Assembly (NCBI GenBank): GCA_964016885.1
Contig: OZ024746.1
Location: 37,076,001 to 37,140,000 of the forward strand
Source of the DNA: Eledone cirrhosa
Lineage: Eukaryota
Length of the DNA: 64,000 nt
Reading direction: 5' to 3'
Under the pieces are notes generated by a model that was given only the letters and a program-made list of their open reading frames with translations, ran no database searches and was not told where the DNA came from. Shown here piece by piece: positions 40,260 through 53,712 of the stretch (position 1 is the first letter of the stretch; the number at the start of each line of letters is the position of its first letter). A program made the position numbers and the translations under genes.

Positions 40260-40725
40260 ACGCCTGTCTCCATTTCTGTTTGATTGTCAAAATACATATT
40301 AACATTCTCTATTAGTCTTAATTCTGTCAACTCTTCTATTCTTTACCATTTAATATAAACTGCTATAGATAACATGAGATTTCTTCATTCAATTCCCTAA
40401 TGTATATACCAGCAGGCTACAAGCATTGTAGCAGTGAAAATCTCCCTCTTCCTTAATTAACACTTATATCTATTAATAATACTACACCAAACGACCAGCC
40501 CTGTCCATTGTTCAATAGGTCAACTATAGATTAAAATAGGCGGTCCCAAAAATTCTTATTTAGATAAAATAAGTCATATACTCATTATATTCTCATTAGA
40601 AACCTTCTATATACTTGTTGACCAGTAAATTGAATTGCCATCTGTCATATACTATCCCCTCCCTTCTTCCTTTCTTACTACTAATATAAGTACTTCAATT
40701 TTTCTGATATTTTCCAATTTATCCA

Positions 40726-40845
40726 GTATCTCTGAAGAAGTGACAACTGATTATACATTTGCTATCGAATAATTTCTAACATTATATGATTACGCAAGCA
40801 ACGATACATAGGTATTCCGTCTGTTACAGAAACATATGTCAATAC
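40726..40845 (+). ncRNA. Type I hammerhead ribozyme with extended stem II
   Basis: GTATCT-CTGAAGA-A-GTGACA...TGTTAC-A-GAAA-C-ATAT-G-TC-AATAC; palindromic CATATG, GUC site, imperfect stem I. Confidence 0.72.
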
Positions 40846-40891
40846 CTAATAAATTCCTTTATAAAAGCACTTTCATGTTATATTAATATTT

Positions 40892-40985
<94 letters not shown>

Positions 40986-41068
40986 AACATTAAATATGTA
41001 CACACAAACTACATGAAACACGGAAATACAGAGATATATCTAATAAACATAAATTTTAGATAAAAAAA

Positions 41069-41256
41069 TAATTGTTTCTACATTAGCCACAAGGCCAGCA
41101 ATTACCCAGTACATTACTGGTACTTTATTTTATCGACCCCGTAAGGATGAAAGGCAAAGTTAACCTCGGCGGGATTTGAACTCAGACTGTAAAGGGACGT
41201 AACTATGCTAGAAAGCATGGCGTCCGACCCTCTACCGATACTGCTAATCCACCACC
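41069..41256 (-). mobile_element. tRNA-derived SINE copy
   Basis: Same family; B-box GAGTTCAAATCC on the minus strand. Confidence 0.88.
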
Positions 41257-41540
41257 AGATATAGAAAATAATATTCAAAATTCAAATCATATAACCACAT
41301 CAAACAACTTGAATGAAATTAAACCACGATGCTCTGGAAATACATTGCAAATGTTGATATTATATATTGCAATGCACGAATAAATAAACAAATCGAAGCT
41401 AATAATTCTGATGTATTTAAAAAAAAAATATAAATTTCTTCCCTACAGGACTTTACGTATATGCATTTAAGGCATCGAAACAACACTATCAATAACCGAT
41501 ATGAAGATATACATTCCTATACATGCATACAAGTACGTAG

Positions 41541-41618
<78 letters not shown>

Positions 41619-41730
41619 ATATATAAATGAACATATGCATACATATTAAGGAAATTAGGCTGCTCAGCCGTTAATATGCATAAGGAAAGTATATACTTTC
41701 AGACGTTCAATCATCTGGCAGGAAGGTATA

Positions 41731-41771
41731 CGATACTGACGATAGCTAATAAGCTTGAAACTAGTACATCG
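41731..41771 (+). ncRNA. Type I minimal hammerhead ribozyme
   Basis: CGATA-CTGACGA-TAGCTAATAAGCTT-GAAA-CTAG-TA-CATCG; core intact, mismatch at the first stem I pair. Confidence 0.78.
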
Positions 41772-41890
41772 TTCCTTTGTCAGTGTTGAACAAAAGGGCA
41801 ACGATGGTTGCTAATCACTGTGCGGCCTAATTCGGGATGTTTCTTTACAAACAAACCGAGCATTATAATAAATGTTCGGTAAATCCATAC

Positions 41891-41957
<67 letters not shown>

Positions 41958-42210
41958 CGTGCATGTATGTATATATATACATAATACTGTACGTCTGTAT
42001 ACATATAATTATGTACGTATACATACTTATAGTTAAGTAACAGCTGTACTAAGAGTGATAAATGAAATTTAGTTTCATATTTTCCATTTATAGTTTTCGG
42101 TGTGCCCGGCTGATTAACTCACCCGATATGTAAATTACGGTGCTCAGCCGGTTATATGCATAATGAAAGTATATACTTTCACACGTTCAATCATCTGGCA
42201 AGAGGGTATA

Positions 42211-42251
42211 CGGTGCTGACGATAGCTAATAAGATTGAAACTAGTACATCG
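42211..42251 (+). ncRNA. Type I minimal hammerhead ribozyme
   Basis: CGGTG-CTGACGA-TAGCTAATAAGATT-GAAA-CTAG-TA-CATCG; core intact, one stem II mismatch. Confidence 0.78.
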
Positions 42252-42459
42252 TTCCTTTGTCAGTGTTGAGCAAAAGGGCAACGATGGTTGCTAATCACTG
42301 TACGGCTTAATTCAGGATGTTTGTTTACAAACAAACCGAGCATTATAATAAATGTTCGGTAAATCCATACGTACACATATATATATATATGTGCATGTAT
42401 GTATATATATATACGTACTACTGTACGTCTGTATACATATATGTATGTACGTATACTTA

Positions 42460-42528
<69 letters not shown>

Positions 42529-43069
42529 TGGGTGTCTATCTGTGTGTGTATGTTTCTATATGTCCGTGTGTGTAAATTCATTTGTGTGTTCCTGACCATT
42601 TCTCTGTGTGAATCTTATATGTCGCACGTTTAGTTATTTTTGTCTAAATTATTACAAGAATTATATTCAATTTCAGCTGCGGTTGCGATAACTGAAAATA
42701 ATTACAGTATTCATCAAGAGATAAAATACATTTCCCTTTCCATATCTATTCAATTATATACATACATTCGCGAAAATAATAGGTGTGTATGCATCTAAGT
42801 GAATGTATATCTATAAAATAGTTATGTCTACAAATATTTTCATTTTCCTAGCTCCCAAGAAATAATTGATATGCGTGTATGTATGTATGTATATATATAT
42901 ATACAGTGGCGGACTGACCAGGTTAAGTAGTTGCCTAAGGGCAAGTGGCCCCTAGGGGTCCCGCGGTAGCATTGCAAGAGACCAAAGTAGACTACAGGGA
43001 CTACTGCAGTATTTTAGGGGCCAGATAATACCTTAAATAATACCTGAAATCTAAGAGAAAGAATAATTA

Positions 43070-43373
43070 AAAGAAAACAAATAAATAAAACAATTAAACA
43101 AAGCATTTGGTCAAATAATTCCCCAGGGAATTACTATGAACGAAAAGATATGATAGTGCAAATAGCTGGAAACTGCGGTTGTTACTTCTATTAAATCTAA
43201 AGCGTAGTGTATTAATTCACACATGCAAGCATACGCATATTGACACCCACACAAGCAAACGAAAAGATATGATAGTGCAAATAGCTGGAAACTGCGGTTG
43301 TTACTTCTATTAAATCTAAAGCGTAGTGTATTAATTCACACATGCAAGCATACGCATATCGACACCCACACAA

Positions 43374-43407
<34 letters not shown>

Positions 43408-43707
43408 TTGTGTGGGTGTCGATATGCGTATGCTTGCATGTGTGAATTAATACACTACGCTTTAGATTTAATAGAAGTAACAACCGCAGTTTCCAGCTAT
43501 TTGCACTATCATATCTTTTCGTTTGCTTGTGTGGGTGTCAATATGCGTATGCTTGCATGTGTGAATTAATACACTACGCTTTAGATTTAATAGAAGTAAC
43601 AACCGCAGTTTCCAGCTATTTCCACTATCATATCTTTTCGTTCATAATAATTCCCTGGGGAATTATTTGACCAAATGCTTTGTTTAATTGTTTTATTTAT
43701 TTGTTTT

Positions 43708-43711
<4 letters not shown>
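43070..43711. repeat. ~640 bp near-perfect palindrome centred on (TA)n; each arm contains a 119 bp tandem duplication
   Basis: CGAAAAGATATGATAG at 43141 and 43260, mirrored after the (TA)n at 43376-43405; identical 75 aa ORFs are predicted on both strands. Confidence 0.97.
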
Positions 43712-43752
<41 letters not shown>

Positions 43753-44519
43753 TGAAAAGTATATAAATTGTTTTAGCGAGAAGCTAACAGTATTCCATAA
43801 CATATATGTGACTATAGCGTCGAAATGGGAAAGTAGTTAACATAAGATATGGGAAAAGTAATTCAGACTCAATTCAAAAGGAATCAGGATATAGATTTAT
43901 CCAACAGAATATAGAGAAATCGAGGGAAAAATCAATAGAGCCTTAACTCATGATAAAACAATGTCTAAAGTACTCAACCTTCAATTTGGGACAACTTCAA
44001 ATGCTCTGTATAGTCTTGAAAAGACTATTTCACGAAAACTTTCAGTAGAGATGGTCACGGTTGGATTTCGTTCGTCAGCAGAGCTCAACATGGGAACCAA
44101 GCTCTCTCTGGTAATATGCTAAAAAGGGAATTTAAAAGCAGGCTAGTTTAACCTCATGCGTGGTTATTAAAATAAACGCACAAGTGGAAAAACAGGGCTG
44201 GTGACGTTAGAATGAGACAAATGTTTGTTTACATGAAACAACGGTCAAAAACATTCCGAAATATATTAACATTCCGAATATATAAATATATATATATATA
44301 TATATTTATATACTTACACAAGAACACTTACCAAATAATATTTGTTATCAATGTGTTAAAGTCATCTGTCAAATTAATTAGAGGTGAAAGCAGTGTATAT
44401 GTATTATATTTAAATATAGATAAATTTATTTATTAGCCACACATACATACCCACACACACACACACATACACACACACACACACTCACATATATATGTAT
44501 ATATAAATATATATATAAA

Positions 44520-44605
<86 letters not shown>

Positions 44606-44772
44606 AGTGAGTGTCAACGACCAAATTTCATTATTGAAAGGTTCTGGATTTCGCAAATTACATATTTTTTATTGGAGAAGGTAAGATATTTTTCCACAAA
44701 AATGATATTCTATAGAATAATATATGTCCGTCGGCTCCCTTCATCTGGCAACCAATATTTCTAGACCTAGTG

Positions 44773-44985
44773 AGGGTGGTGGATTGTCAGTATCGGTAGA
44801 GGGTCGGACACCCTGCTTTGCAGCATAGAGTTACTGCCCTTTGTCATCTGAGTTCAAATCCCGCCGAGGTTAACTTTGCCTTTCATCCTTACGGTGTCGA
44901 TAAAATAAAGTAGAAGTCACGCACTGGGGTCGATTTAATCGACTTTCCCCTCCTCCGAAATTGCTGGCCTTGTGCCTATATAAGA
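44773..44985 (+). mobile_element. tRNA-derived SINE copy with a 23 bp target-site duplication
   Basis: GAGTTCAAATCC B-box and central domain present; AACCAATATTTCTAGACCTAGTG at 44750-44772 and 44986-45008. Confidence 0.92.
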
Positions 44986-45015
44986 AACCAATATTTCTAG
45001 ACCTAGTGCAGCACA

Positions 45016-45054
<39 letters not shown>

Positions 45055-46271
45055 CATCATCGGAGAAAGCTAATAGCGATGCTCCGGCCAAATTCAACCC
45101 ACTCAACAAACATTAGGAAATACCTGAGTATTTTCTTAATTCAACGTTCGGGTGATAACTAATTGTATTGTGTGGAAAATTGGATGTATCATTCCACATG
45201 AAATATATCACATATATCACTTCCCAGACGACTCGTTTCAATATAAGATTTCTACAAGTTGGATGAAATTATACCAATTCATGTAGAAGCTTGTATAAGA
45301 TCAACAGATACTTATTCAAGTGGGCTCTTATAATTCTTCGGTGTGTGCAAAATAATATTAATATTGATAACCAAATGAACATCAATATTTACCGATAATC
45401 ACCATCAGTGCTTGAGGGAGCTGCTAGGTTGTTAGTCCAGCAGTTCTAAATAAAATCCCACACTGTCTCGAAAGTAGGTGGAAGGAGAGTACCGCCAAAA
45501 AACAATACATGCGCAGGTCAATGAATTCTGAAAAGAATTCAAGCCACGTGCTAGAACTCAATTGGATATGAACAAATAACCATATGTGCACATCGCTTGA
45601 TGACACACAGATATGTTCTCGGGCAAAATAACAGAATGATATGAAAGAACAAACAATCAATATTCATATAAAAAATAAACAAAGAGGGTCATACCTTATA
45701 TCGGGAAAGTTCATATATGTTGCTCCAAGAGTAAATATATAAATACTTAATCGGAGAAAGCTATATATATATATATATATAATGCCAATCATTGTAAGTT
45801 TGAATCTAACTGACATGGAAAAGTATATATATATAGGAATAAGGTAAGCGCAAATCTTAGTACATTGAAATATCACAGAGAGAAAGAGATATAGATAGAT
45901 AGATAGAGAGGGGGGGGGGGCTACAGAAATCAAACATGGATTACAGGTTAAAATGTAGCCTAGATAGATCAGACAAAGAAACGAGGGTGTAGTTTATGGA
46001 ACACCCAAATGATTTAGAAGTCGACATTAATTAGGAGCAATAACATTAAGAAAGACATGAAAAAAACCCATCATTTTGTATTGGAAATTTTGAAAGTAGG
46101 TTTATATGTAGGAATTTTCATAAGATTTCTGTAGTCATTTCTGTAGCCTAGCGTTATGTGAGACGGTGGAAATCATGGCCTTGGGTTCATTGCTGGTCAA
46201 GAGGTACATGTAAACTTTTTCACTTTTTATTTTACAACCAATAGAAAAAAAAATGAAAAGGTTTACCGGGA

Positions 46272-46350
46272 ACGTTACCTCCAACCAGGATCGAACTTCA
46301 CACCAAGATCACCACCGGCTATGATACATCTAACTAGACCACCGAGACAG
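46272..46350 (-). other. tRNA-like/SINE head (different family), decayed
   Basis: Minus strand GGTGGTCTAGTTAG (A-box-like) ... AGTTCGATCC (B-box-like); no complete cloverleaf. Confidence 0.4.
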
Positions 46351-46453
46351 CTACGAAAGCATAATGAAACTGATAATTATAATCTACTTCCAAAATCAAA
46401 GTTAAAAAGATGTGGTGTCGTTCATGGCTTTCCTAGAGCTATTAGTAATACTT

Positions 46454-46688
46454 AGGGGCGGCTTCTGGTCGTTAATGAAAGTCTCTGGATTTCGCAAAAT
46501 ACATCATATGTTTTTAATGGAGAAGGTAAGACATTTTTTCCGCCAAAATTTGATTGCACTGGTTTGTTTCCACTTATGTATTTTTCGAAAAGGTTATTTA
46601 TTCATTATAAAAATTAATTGATAACATTCTATATGTGGGCCCCATTCATCTCCTGGCAACCAATATTTTTAGACCCAGTTCGCCACTT
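46454..46688. mobile_element. Possible MITE-like repeat; a related copy at ~44625-45015 is interrupted by the SINE
   Basis: Both share TCTGGATTTCGCAAA, TGGAGAAGGTAAGA and CTGGCAACCAATATTT.TAGACC.AGT; ends AGGGGCGG / TCGCCACT are roughly inverted. Confidence 0.45.
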
Positions 46689-46890
46689 TATATATATGAA
46701 TTTAAGTACCTATCAATCTTTTGCTATTTCCCTGTTCTCCCTTTCTCTCTCATCTCTTCCTCTTTCTTTTTTTCTCTCTCTCACTTTCACAATATTTTCC
46801 TCTCTCTCTCTCTCTCTCCCTTTCTCCCTTTCTACATACACACACATATATATATGTGTGTGCGTGTGTGTGTATGTGTATCTATCTATC

Positions 46891-46950
<60 letters not shown>

Positions 46951-46965
46951 GGAGCATAGAGAGAG

Positions 46966-47047
<82 letters not shown>

Positions 47048-48124
47048 GCCCAAACTACTTGCATCGCATATAGCCACTGAAAACCGTATATTTTTGTATA
47101 CTCAGGAATAAATATTCCGTTTTTTAAATAACATTGCGAGCATTGACAGACATTTCCTTGAGACTAATTGCTCAGTTAACCTGACATTTAGCTAAACAAA
47201 AACAGCAAAAAATGATTAAATAAAGAAGCTGCGGCAGTAACAGACGAGAAGATTTTAGTTTGTAATACGTACATAAATCCTTGTATGTAGTACATCAGTT
47301 TCAGGCCATAATATGTACCTGTCTACGGTAATACGGTAATTTCTGGTTGGAATGTATCCTCTTAAAGCATTGAATTCCATTGCTAGCCTGTCTGAGAAGT
47401 GGAACTTCATTAAAATGTTACGCAAACGTGCGCGACATGCATGACAGACAATCAGAAGCAAGGAGACTATAAGCGAACTAAAAAAAAAAATGTATACAAC
47501 ATCTATTTCCTTGTATGTTGGTGTCACCAATCGATTACATGTTCTAGAGGGGGCTATGCTCTATCACTATGCGATGCACAATTCGAATACATGTAATCTG
47601 TTAATGTACTTTTGAAAAACAAACAAACAAACAAAAACAACTTTATTTTGTCTAGTGCTGTATATATCCGCTGGTGCGTCAAATTCAACCGCCGTTGCAA
47701 TACTATCCCCATTATATTGTCGTTTATAGATGTTTCACTTGATAATCGGTACATATTCTATCGAACTGGGGTATCAAGAAATGCACGCTATTAAGGAATT
47801 TGACTCGACAAAATTATGTGTCAACTACTCATCCTCCACTAAACGTATTACTAATGTAGTAACGATTCTTGAATTTGATTCGCACTAATGAATTCGTATA
47901 TTCATGAAAGGCATTGAAGATTTCTTAACCCACAAATCCGTACAAAATTATTAAAATTCATGCAAATACGAGATTATAATATTGGTAGTTAACCTATGAA
48001 AACCAGTGGGGTGGGTATATATAAGTAATTCGAAATTTTGTAAACTTTTAATGTGGAATAAATAGCGAAATTGATTTCGCTCAACCGTCTACTAGTTCTA
48101 ACAAATCTATTTTCCGTTTCTTTT

Positions 48125-48340
48125 AATATTGGTTACTGATATTGGCATTAGGCCATATACGGAGGGCGGGTAGAGATCAGTCGAAGATATCGACCTCATC
48201 GCTTGACTGACACTGTATTTAATATGTTCTGAACGGATAAAAGGAAATTTGACATTGGCACTATTTGAACACTGAACGAAAAGCGGTGCATCTTAATACA
48301 CATTTTGTCTGCTGCGCCAACAATTCCACCAATTTACCGC
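48125..48340 (-). mobile_element. Older, diverged SINE copy
   Basis: AGTCGAAGATATCGACCTCA, GGATAAAAGGAAATTTGAC and ATTTGAAC align loosely with the family. Confidence 0.55.
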
Positions 48341-49254
48341 TGTGTTTCATTCTATTATTGATTTATATCATCACCGCACGAAAACTAATTTAAACAGGAG
48401 GAACACATCATGGAATAAAGGCAAGGTTTTGACTGCTACATTATTGTGTTCCACGCCGAAAATATGAAAGACAAAATTAAACACGTTACAGTTTCGACCT
48501 AAAGCACTAATATACCAACTAAATATCAACGGGCTACTTGATGCACCAAACTAAGAATTCTGGTATCAGTAGGACAAAATATATGAGCCCTTGTGGCGAA
48601 GTATATAAAACTATTATATTACAGATAACTATTGTGATACAATGAAATATTTGTAACGATTGGCCCTGTATTATTGAATGAACGCCAATACTCAAATCAT
48701 TTTAATTATGAAGTACTGAGTGATGAAATTCAGAATGGATAAATGCCATGAAATCTATAGCGCTGTTTATAAATTACTGTTATTAAATTGAAATAATAAT
48801 CTCAAAGATAACTAATATAGAAAAATGACGTGAGTGACAATCGTAATTATCTTCGTCGGATTCAAGAGGTAAAAAGGTGATATAATAGAAAAGAGTGAAT
48901 GTATTTTGAAGAACATGTTTTTTCGAATATAATATTTTTCACGGTGTGGGGTGACAGTTAGAAGAATACAATATGAGAGATATATTATTGTATTTGATAG
49001 TAGACGCTGTCGCTCTTCGAATAGCAACATAGAAGTGTGGTTAAAAGGTTAAAAACTATCAAGACAGATAATGTTTGTTCAACTTCAACATTTTTCTTTA
49101 GTATGTATGTTGGTAGGAGATAACATTTCCGAATGAAACTTCCTTATTTTTAAGACAATTCAGCATTTCATTTATTTTACCATATATTTAGCCCACTAAA
49201 ATGTACTTTGTCTTGCAATGCTCGTTTAGAATTTAGGGGGAAATGATGAAAAGT

Positions 49255-49850
49255 ATTGATTTTAAAAGCTGGCTAACACCAAATGTTGTACGCATGCCGG
49301 TACAATCCGCACCACTGCCGTAGCATTTTGCTACTCTACAGCAGAATATGCCTCACCTGTATGAAGCTGATCATTACATACAAAGAAAATCGACCATGCT
49401 CTAAACGCGTATTGCAGACCTATCTCTTGGCGAATCTAGCCAACCAAAATGGATACCTTCTACTTAATTAGTTGCATTGATCCGCGACACAACTGAAGGA
49501 CAGCCCTCTACCAATATGAGAAGCTGAAGCACGAAGCTGACACTCGTCATCCACTCAACGGCTGGAAACAATGACAGAGTGGCTCAAGTCAAGACAGAGG
49601 TATCTACACTCAATCGTCCATTGAACAGCAGAGCTTCTAATAAGGACCTGTACATGTGGTTCTGCCACATTGGCAACGTAAGACATGGGCTCACTCTACA
49701 GTATACCTTCCGACTGGTCCTTGCGATTCTGCCAAATTCGTGTCTGAACATATGTTTGCGTATGTAGAGCCAACATTGAGAAATGGATATATACCACCGA
49801 TGAAGATTCTAACTGCTAATGCAGGCAATTACAAACTTTTTTCCAACCTT
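49255..49850 (+). mobile_element. Decayed Vingi/Ingi-like LINE 3' fragment (RT thumb region)
   Basis: Manual translation KLANTK...TIRTTAVAFCYSTAEYASPV*S*SLHTKKIDHALNAYCR...PT...LIS.I.P matches the recalled 'LRTTALALCYSAAEYCAPVW' motif; contains in-frame stops. Confidence 0.65.
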
Positions 49851-50314
49851 AGAAATCCATAGTTACTTAATGACCTTCAAATCTTAAAACCCAAGCAAGA
49901 CTCTGTGCGCAATTTGATGGGTGAGGTGTAGCGTCTCGATAAAGAAAAATATTTATCTCTTGAATATGAAGGTAGGGATAGAAAAAATTAGACATGTATA
50001 ATGTGGGTGAGAGTGAGTCATAGTGGCATAGATGGAAACAGGAGGAAATGAATATATAATTAGGCAAAAGACGACGCAAAGAAAAAATAAATACACGTAA
50101 CAGAAAGAAAAGTGATGGATGGTTAACCATGTTTACATATGAATACATTTTATGACACAGTTCTCAACTCATGATTTTGTGATACTGTAAAAGTATTTAA
50201 CGATCTTTGTTGCTAAAACTTAAAGATAATAGAGTTCAATATAAATATACTTACATATAAAAACATAGTGACACACACGCTTGCACTCACACTGTCAAAA
50301 ACACATACTGGCAC

Positions 50315-50407
<93 letters not shown>

Positions 50408-51164
50408 TACATACCCATGCATACGCGAAAACACACGCCACGGTATGCATATACAAGCACGTACTCATAAACACGCGCACACATACAAAAACCCGTGCGA
50501 CACCTGTACCCGCACACATACCAACGTATACACCAAATACAGATGATAAAATATATATTTGTGTGTGTGTGCGTGTATACATATAATTATATAAACGTAT
50601 ATAAATACACACAAATAAATACGTATATAACGCACGCACACACATTCCTACAGGTAAATACACATATGTTCACTAAACCTACGTCAACCAAAACACAAAG
50701 TACACATATATACACCTTACATACGTGCAAACCCGCATACCCACACAAACACAAACTACCCATTATACACTTAACCATATACACATGTACAATCAGATAA
50801 AATATAATATATACACCTATAACAAATGCAAGCAAATATACGTACGAGAAAGTATATGTATCTTCACAAAACATACGGGTAATGTATACTTACCTATAGA
50901 AATAAGTAATGATATAAACATAAAATATACTCATCTACCCCATCAACACGTAAGGTATAATGTGGTGCTGCAATACAGGAAGATTTGATGCAGATTTATG
51001 TTTACAAGCCGAAATTGCCTCAGAGTTTTTGTTTAAGATGTGCTCATTGGCATCCAGGGCTTCAACGGCACAAATATCACATACAAGATTATTTCCGTTA
51101 TACGATCTAGCCTTAACTAGGTGATATAGCCTTCTCCCAGTGTAACCTATATTGGGTGTGCTTG

Positions 51165-53671
51165 TCTTTTAGATGCACGCTGGGACTGTGTGGGATTAGC
51201 GGATAGGGGAGGAGAGTGTAAGAGCTTCACAAACCTGCTCAGACGGTTTCAACTCTCTTACTTGTACCGTCTGGATTTCCCGAATGTGCCAATGTGGACA
51301 TGGACAGACCGCATACTGTTATCCAAATCATATGAGGATAGAGTATTTTGTAAGGAAATAGATAGGTCTAGCATAGGCTGACCACAATTTAAAATAGTCA
51401 ACTACAGGGATCACACATTGGCGATCTGTGAAGTCGATTTAGATAGGCTTCATATACGAGGACCCGGCTACTGGAAGCTAAACGCGTCGTTAACAGCGCG
51501 CAAGGCCTACATAGAGCGGATTAGCGAACTAGTTAAGCGGGCGTTGACGTGGGACATCGTCAACAACAAATGGTGGTTTGCTCTGAAAAGAGCGATTAGA
51601 TTAGAGTTCATTAATTTTAGTAAGGCGTTAGCAATAAAGAAAATTGGAGCAGAGGGAGAACTAGTTAGAAAACTAGATGATGCGCTTGGTAAAGGCGTCG
51701 CAACCGAAGTGCTTTCAGCGAAATTGGCCCTCGACCAATTCTTCAATGCAATCGTTGCGAAAAGCCGGATTGTTGCGAAAAGCCGATAACTGCCGCTGAA
51801 GTACGAGAGGCAATGACTGGCTCCACAAACGGCAAACCGCCTGGTTTGGATGGTCTGCCCTACGAACTTTACGTACATATACCAGACTTGTTCGGAGACC
51901 TCTTTGCGGACGTCTACTGCAACTGGCAACAGAACTGGATAACATAGATAATTTCAGGCCCATAACACTGCTAAACACAGAGTTCAAGATTGTGGCGAAG
52001 GTGCTAGCAAAGAGGTTGGCTCTTGTCATTGGTGGTCTGGTAGGCGAGACGTAGACATGCGCTATGCCAGACAGATCTATCCACGACAATTTCCACCTCA
52101 TTCGATACATCATGGAGAGGGTACCTAGGGAACCTGGAACGGGTGGGTCCTTGAATAATATAGATCAGTCGAAAGTTTTCGATAGGGTCGACCATCATTA
52201 TCTGGTAGCAGTCGTGAGGGCGGCTGGATTTGGGCCCATAATTAGAGACTGGATTGCTGCCATGCGCAGCCGCAACTGCTCTGTGGCGTGAATGGTCACC
52301 TTTCGGAACCGCTCGGTCCGCTAAGGATGTCTCCTCTCGTCACTATTGTACGTATTGACTCTCGAGCCATTACTCCACAAACTGGAGACTTTGAGGGGTG
52401 TCCCGCGCGAACTGGGATGCGGAAGATCCGCGACAGCATATGCAGACGATGTCATCTTAGTGGTGTTGAACGAGAAACACATCGAGGCGATCGGTACTAC
52501 ATGAAGAGAATACAAGATGGTGATAGGAGCAATAATCAACCTGCAAATGTCGGTGGGCCTGCAGCTCGGCATCTGGAGAGGCAGGTGCATGCTATCCAAC
52601 AGCTTCGTCGGGCGCTGGACGGCGGGACCAGTTAACAAGGTGGCTAACCAGTACATCGCGTCCGTCATCTGCTACCGCCTGACCCTCGTACCTTGTCCTA
52701 AGCCCCGCCTGACTGCGCTGGAGCGTTTGCTCTTTCGCTTTTTTTTGAAAGGGACGCGCTCCGATGGTCAGGCAGTCAATCTGCTGTCAACACCCGCTAC
52801 GTGGAGGGCTGGTCATGCCGTGGCTGATGATGCGCAGATACGCGCTCTGTCTACGACATCTCCACCTCTCCCTCGACGGTGATCCGGTGTGGTCGCCGTT
52901 TGCTAGACGCGTCTTTTCCCAGCTCGTCTCCTTGACGGAGCTGCAGTCATGGGTCAAGCGAAGACCGAGTGGGAGCGTTTGGAGACTGGAATGTCTTCAG
53001 GCGCTCACAGCCCTTGACCAGTCGGGCAATGCGATCGGTGGAAACTCCACCTTGGCGCTCGTCCAGTGTCCGAGCATTGTTGACTTGTGGGTTTATGTCA
53101 AACAACTTCTGTCGCGTGTAGGTCTGATCCGGCTATCAACTGAGTCCATCGTGAGAATTGCCCCGCCCTCTTCCTCTAGCCGGGAACGGCAGGAAGTTTT
53201 TCTCTGTCTGGTGGCCATGGCGAGAGAGATATTATGGTGGACACGTTTGAAAGTGTCGAAGACGAGCACTTACGTCTTCGGTGATGCCCTGATTGACTTT
53301 TTCAAATTTCATTTTAAAAGGAAAATCAGGGTAGAGAAGGAAGTGTTCTCTTCCCAGCATTTTGTTGAAAGATGGGTGAGAGAAGCAAGAATGGCCCGAG
53401 TGAATGGGCCTACTCTGTATATTAAAGGTGGAAAACTGGGAGAGGGCACTTGCCTTGGTGGTCAGGGTCACTGTGGCCTTTTAATGGGCTTTCTCCACAA
53501 ATGTCCCTCCGAAGTCTCCCTCCTATTGGGGAATTTTTCATTGTTATTTTTTTGTTACATCGTCTGTTTTTGTTTTCTACACGCAGAAATGCCCATTTCT
53601 ACCGTCCTGTATTGTCCTGAACTATCCTTAATGTCTACTTTATGTAAACTATTGTGGTTAATAAAGAAATC
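51165..53671 (+). mobile_element. L1/Tx1-type LINE, decayed with internal deletions (AP-endonuclease end + RT + C-terminus)
   Basis: WTWTD, DRVF, GPGYWKLNASL, NFRPITLLNTEFKI, IDQSKVFDRVDH, AYADD. The 3' UTR is nearly identical to 26741-26990 and ends AATAAAGAAATC(ATT)n. Confidence 0.92.
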
Positions 53672-53712
53672 ATTATTATTATTACTATTATTATTATTAT
53701 TATTATTATTAT

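Larger units (their letters stand above)
38915..40884. mobile_element. Penelope-like element (Naiad-type): two 5'-truncated copies joined head-to-head at ~39910
   Basis: ~790 bp inverted repeat 38979-39773 / 40107-40884, with complementary GIY-YIG fragments on opposite strands and an HHR in each arm. The right arm ends at (CT)n(TA)n. Confidence 0.9.
41653..42465 (+). mobile_element. Non-coding HHR-bearing tandem repeat (480 bp period, ~1.7 units) flanked by (TA)n
   Basis: HHR motifs at 41731 and 42211; homologous to 28670-29470 in the opposite orientation; unit contains an internal (TA)n. Confidence 0.88.
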
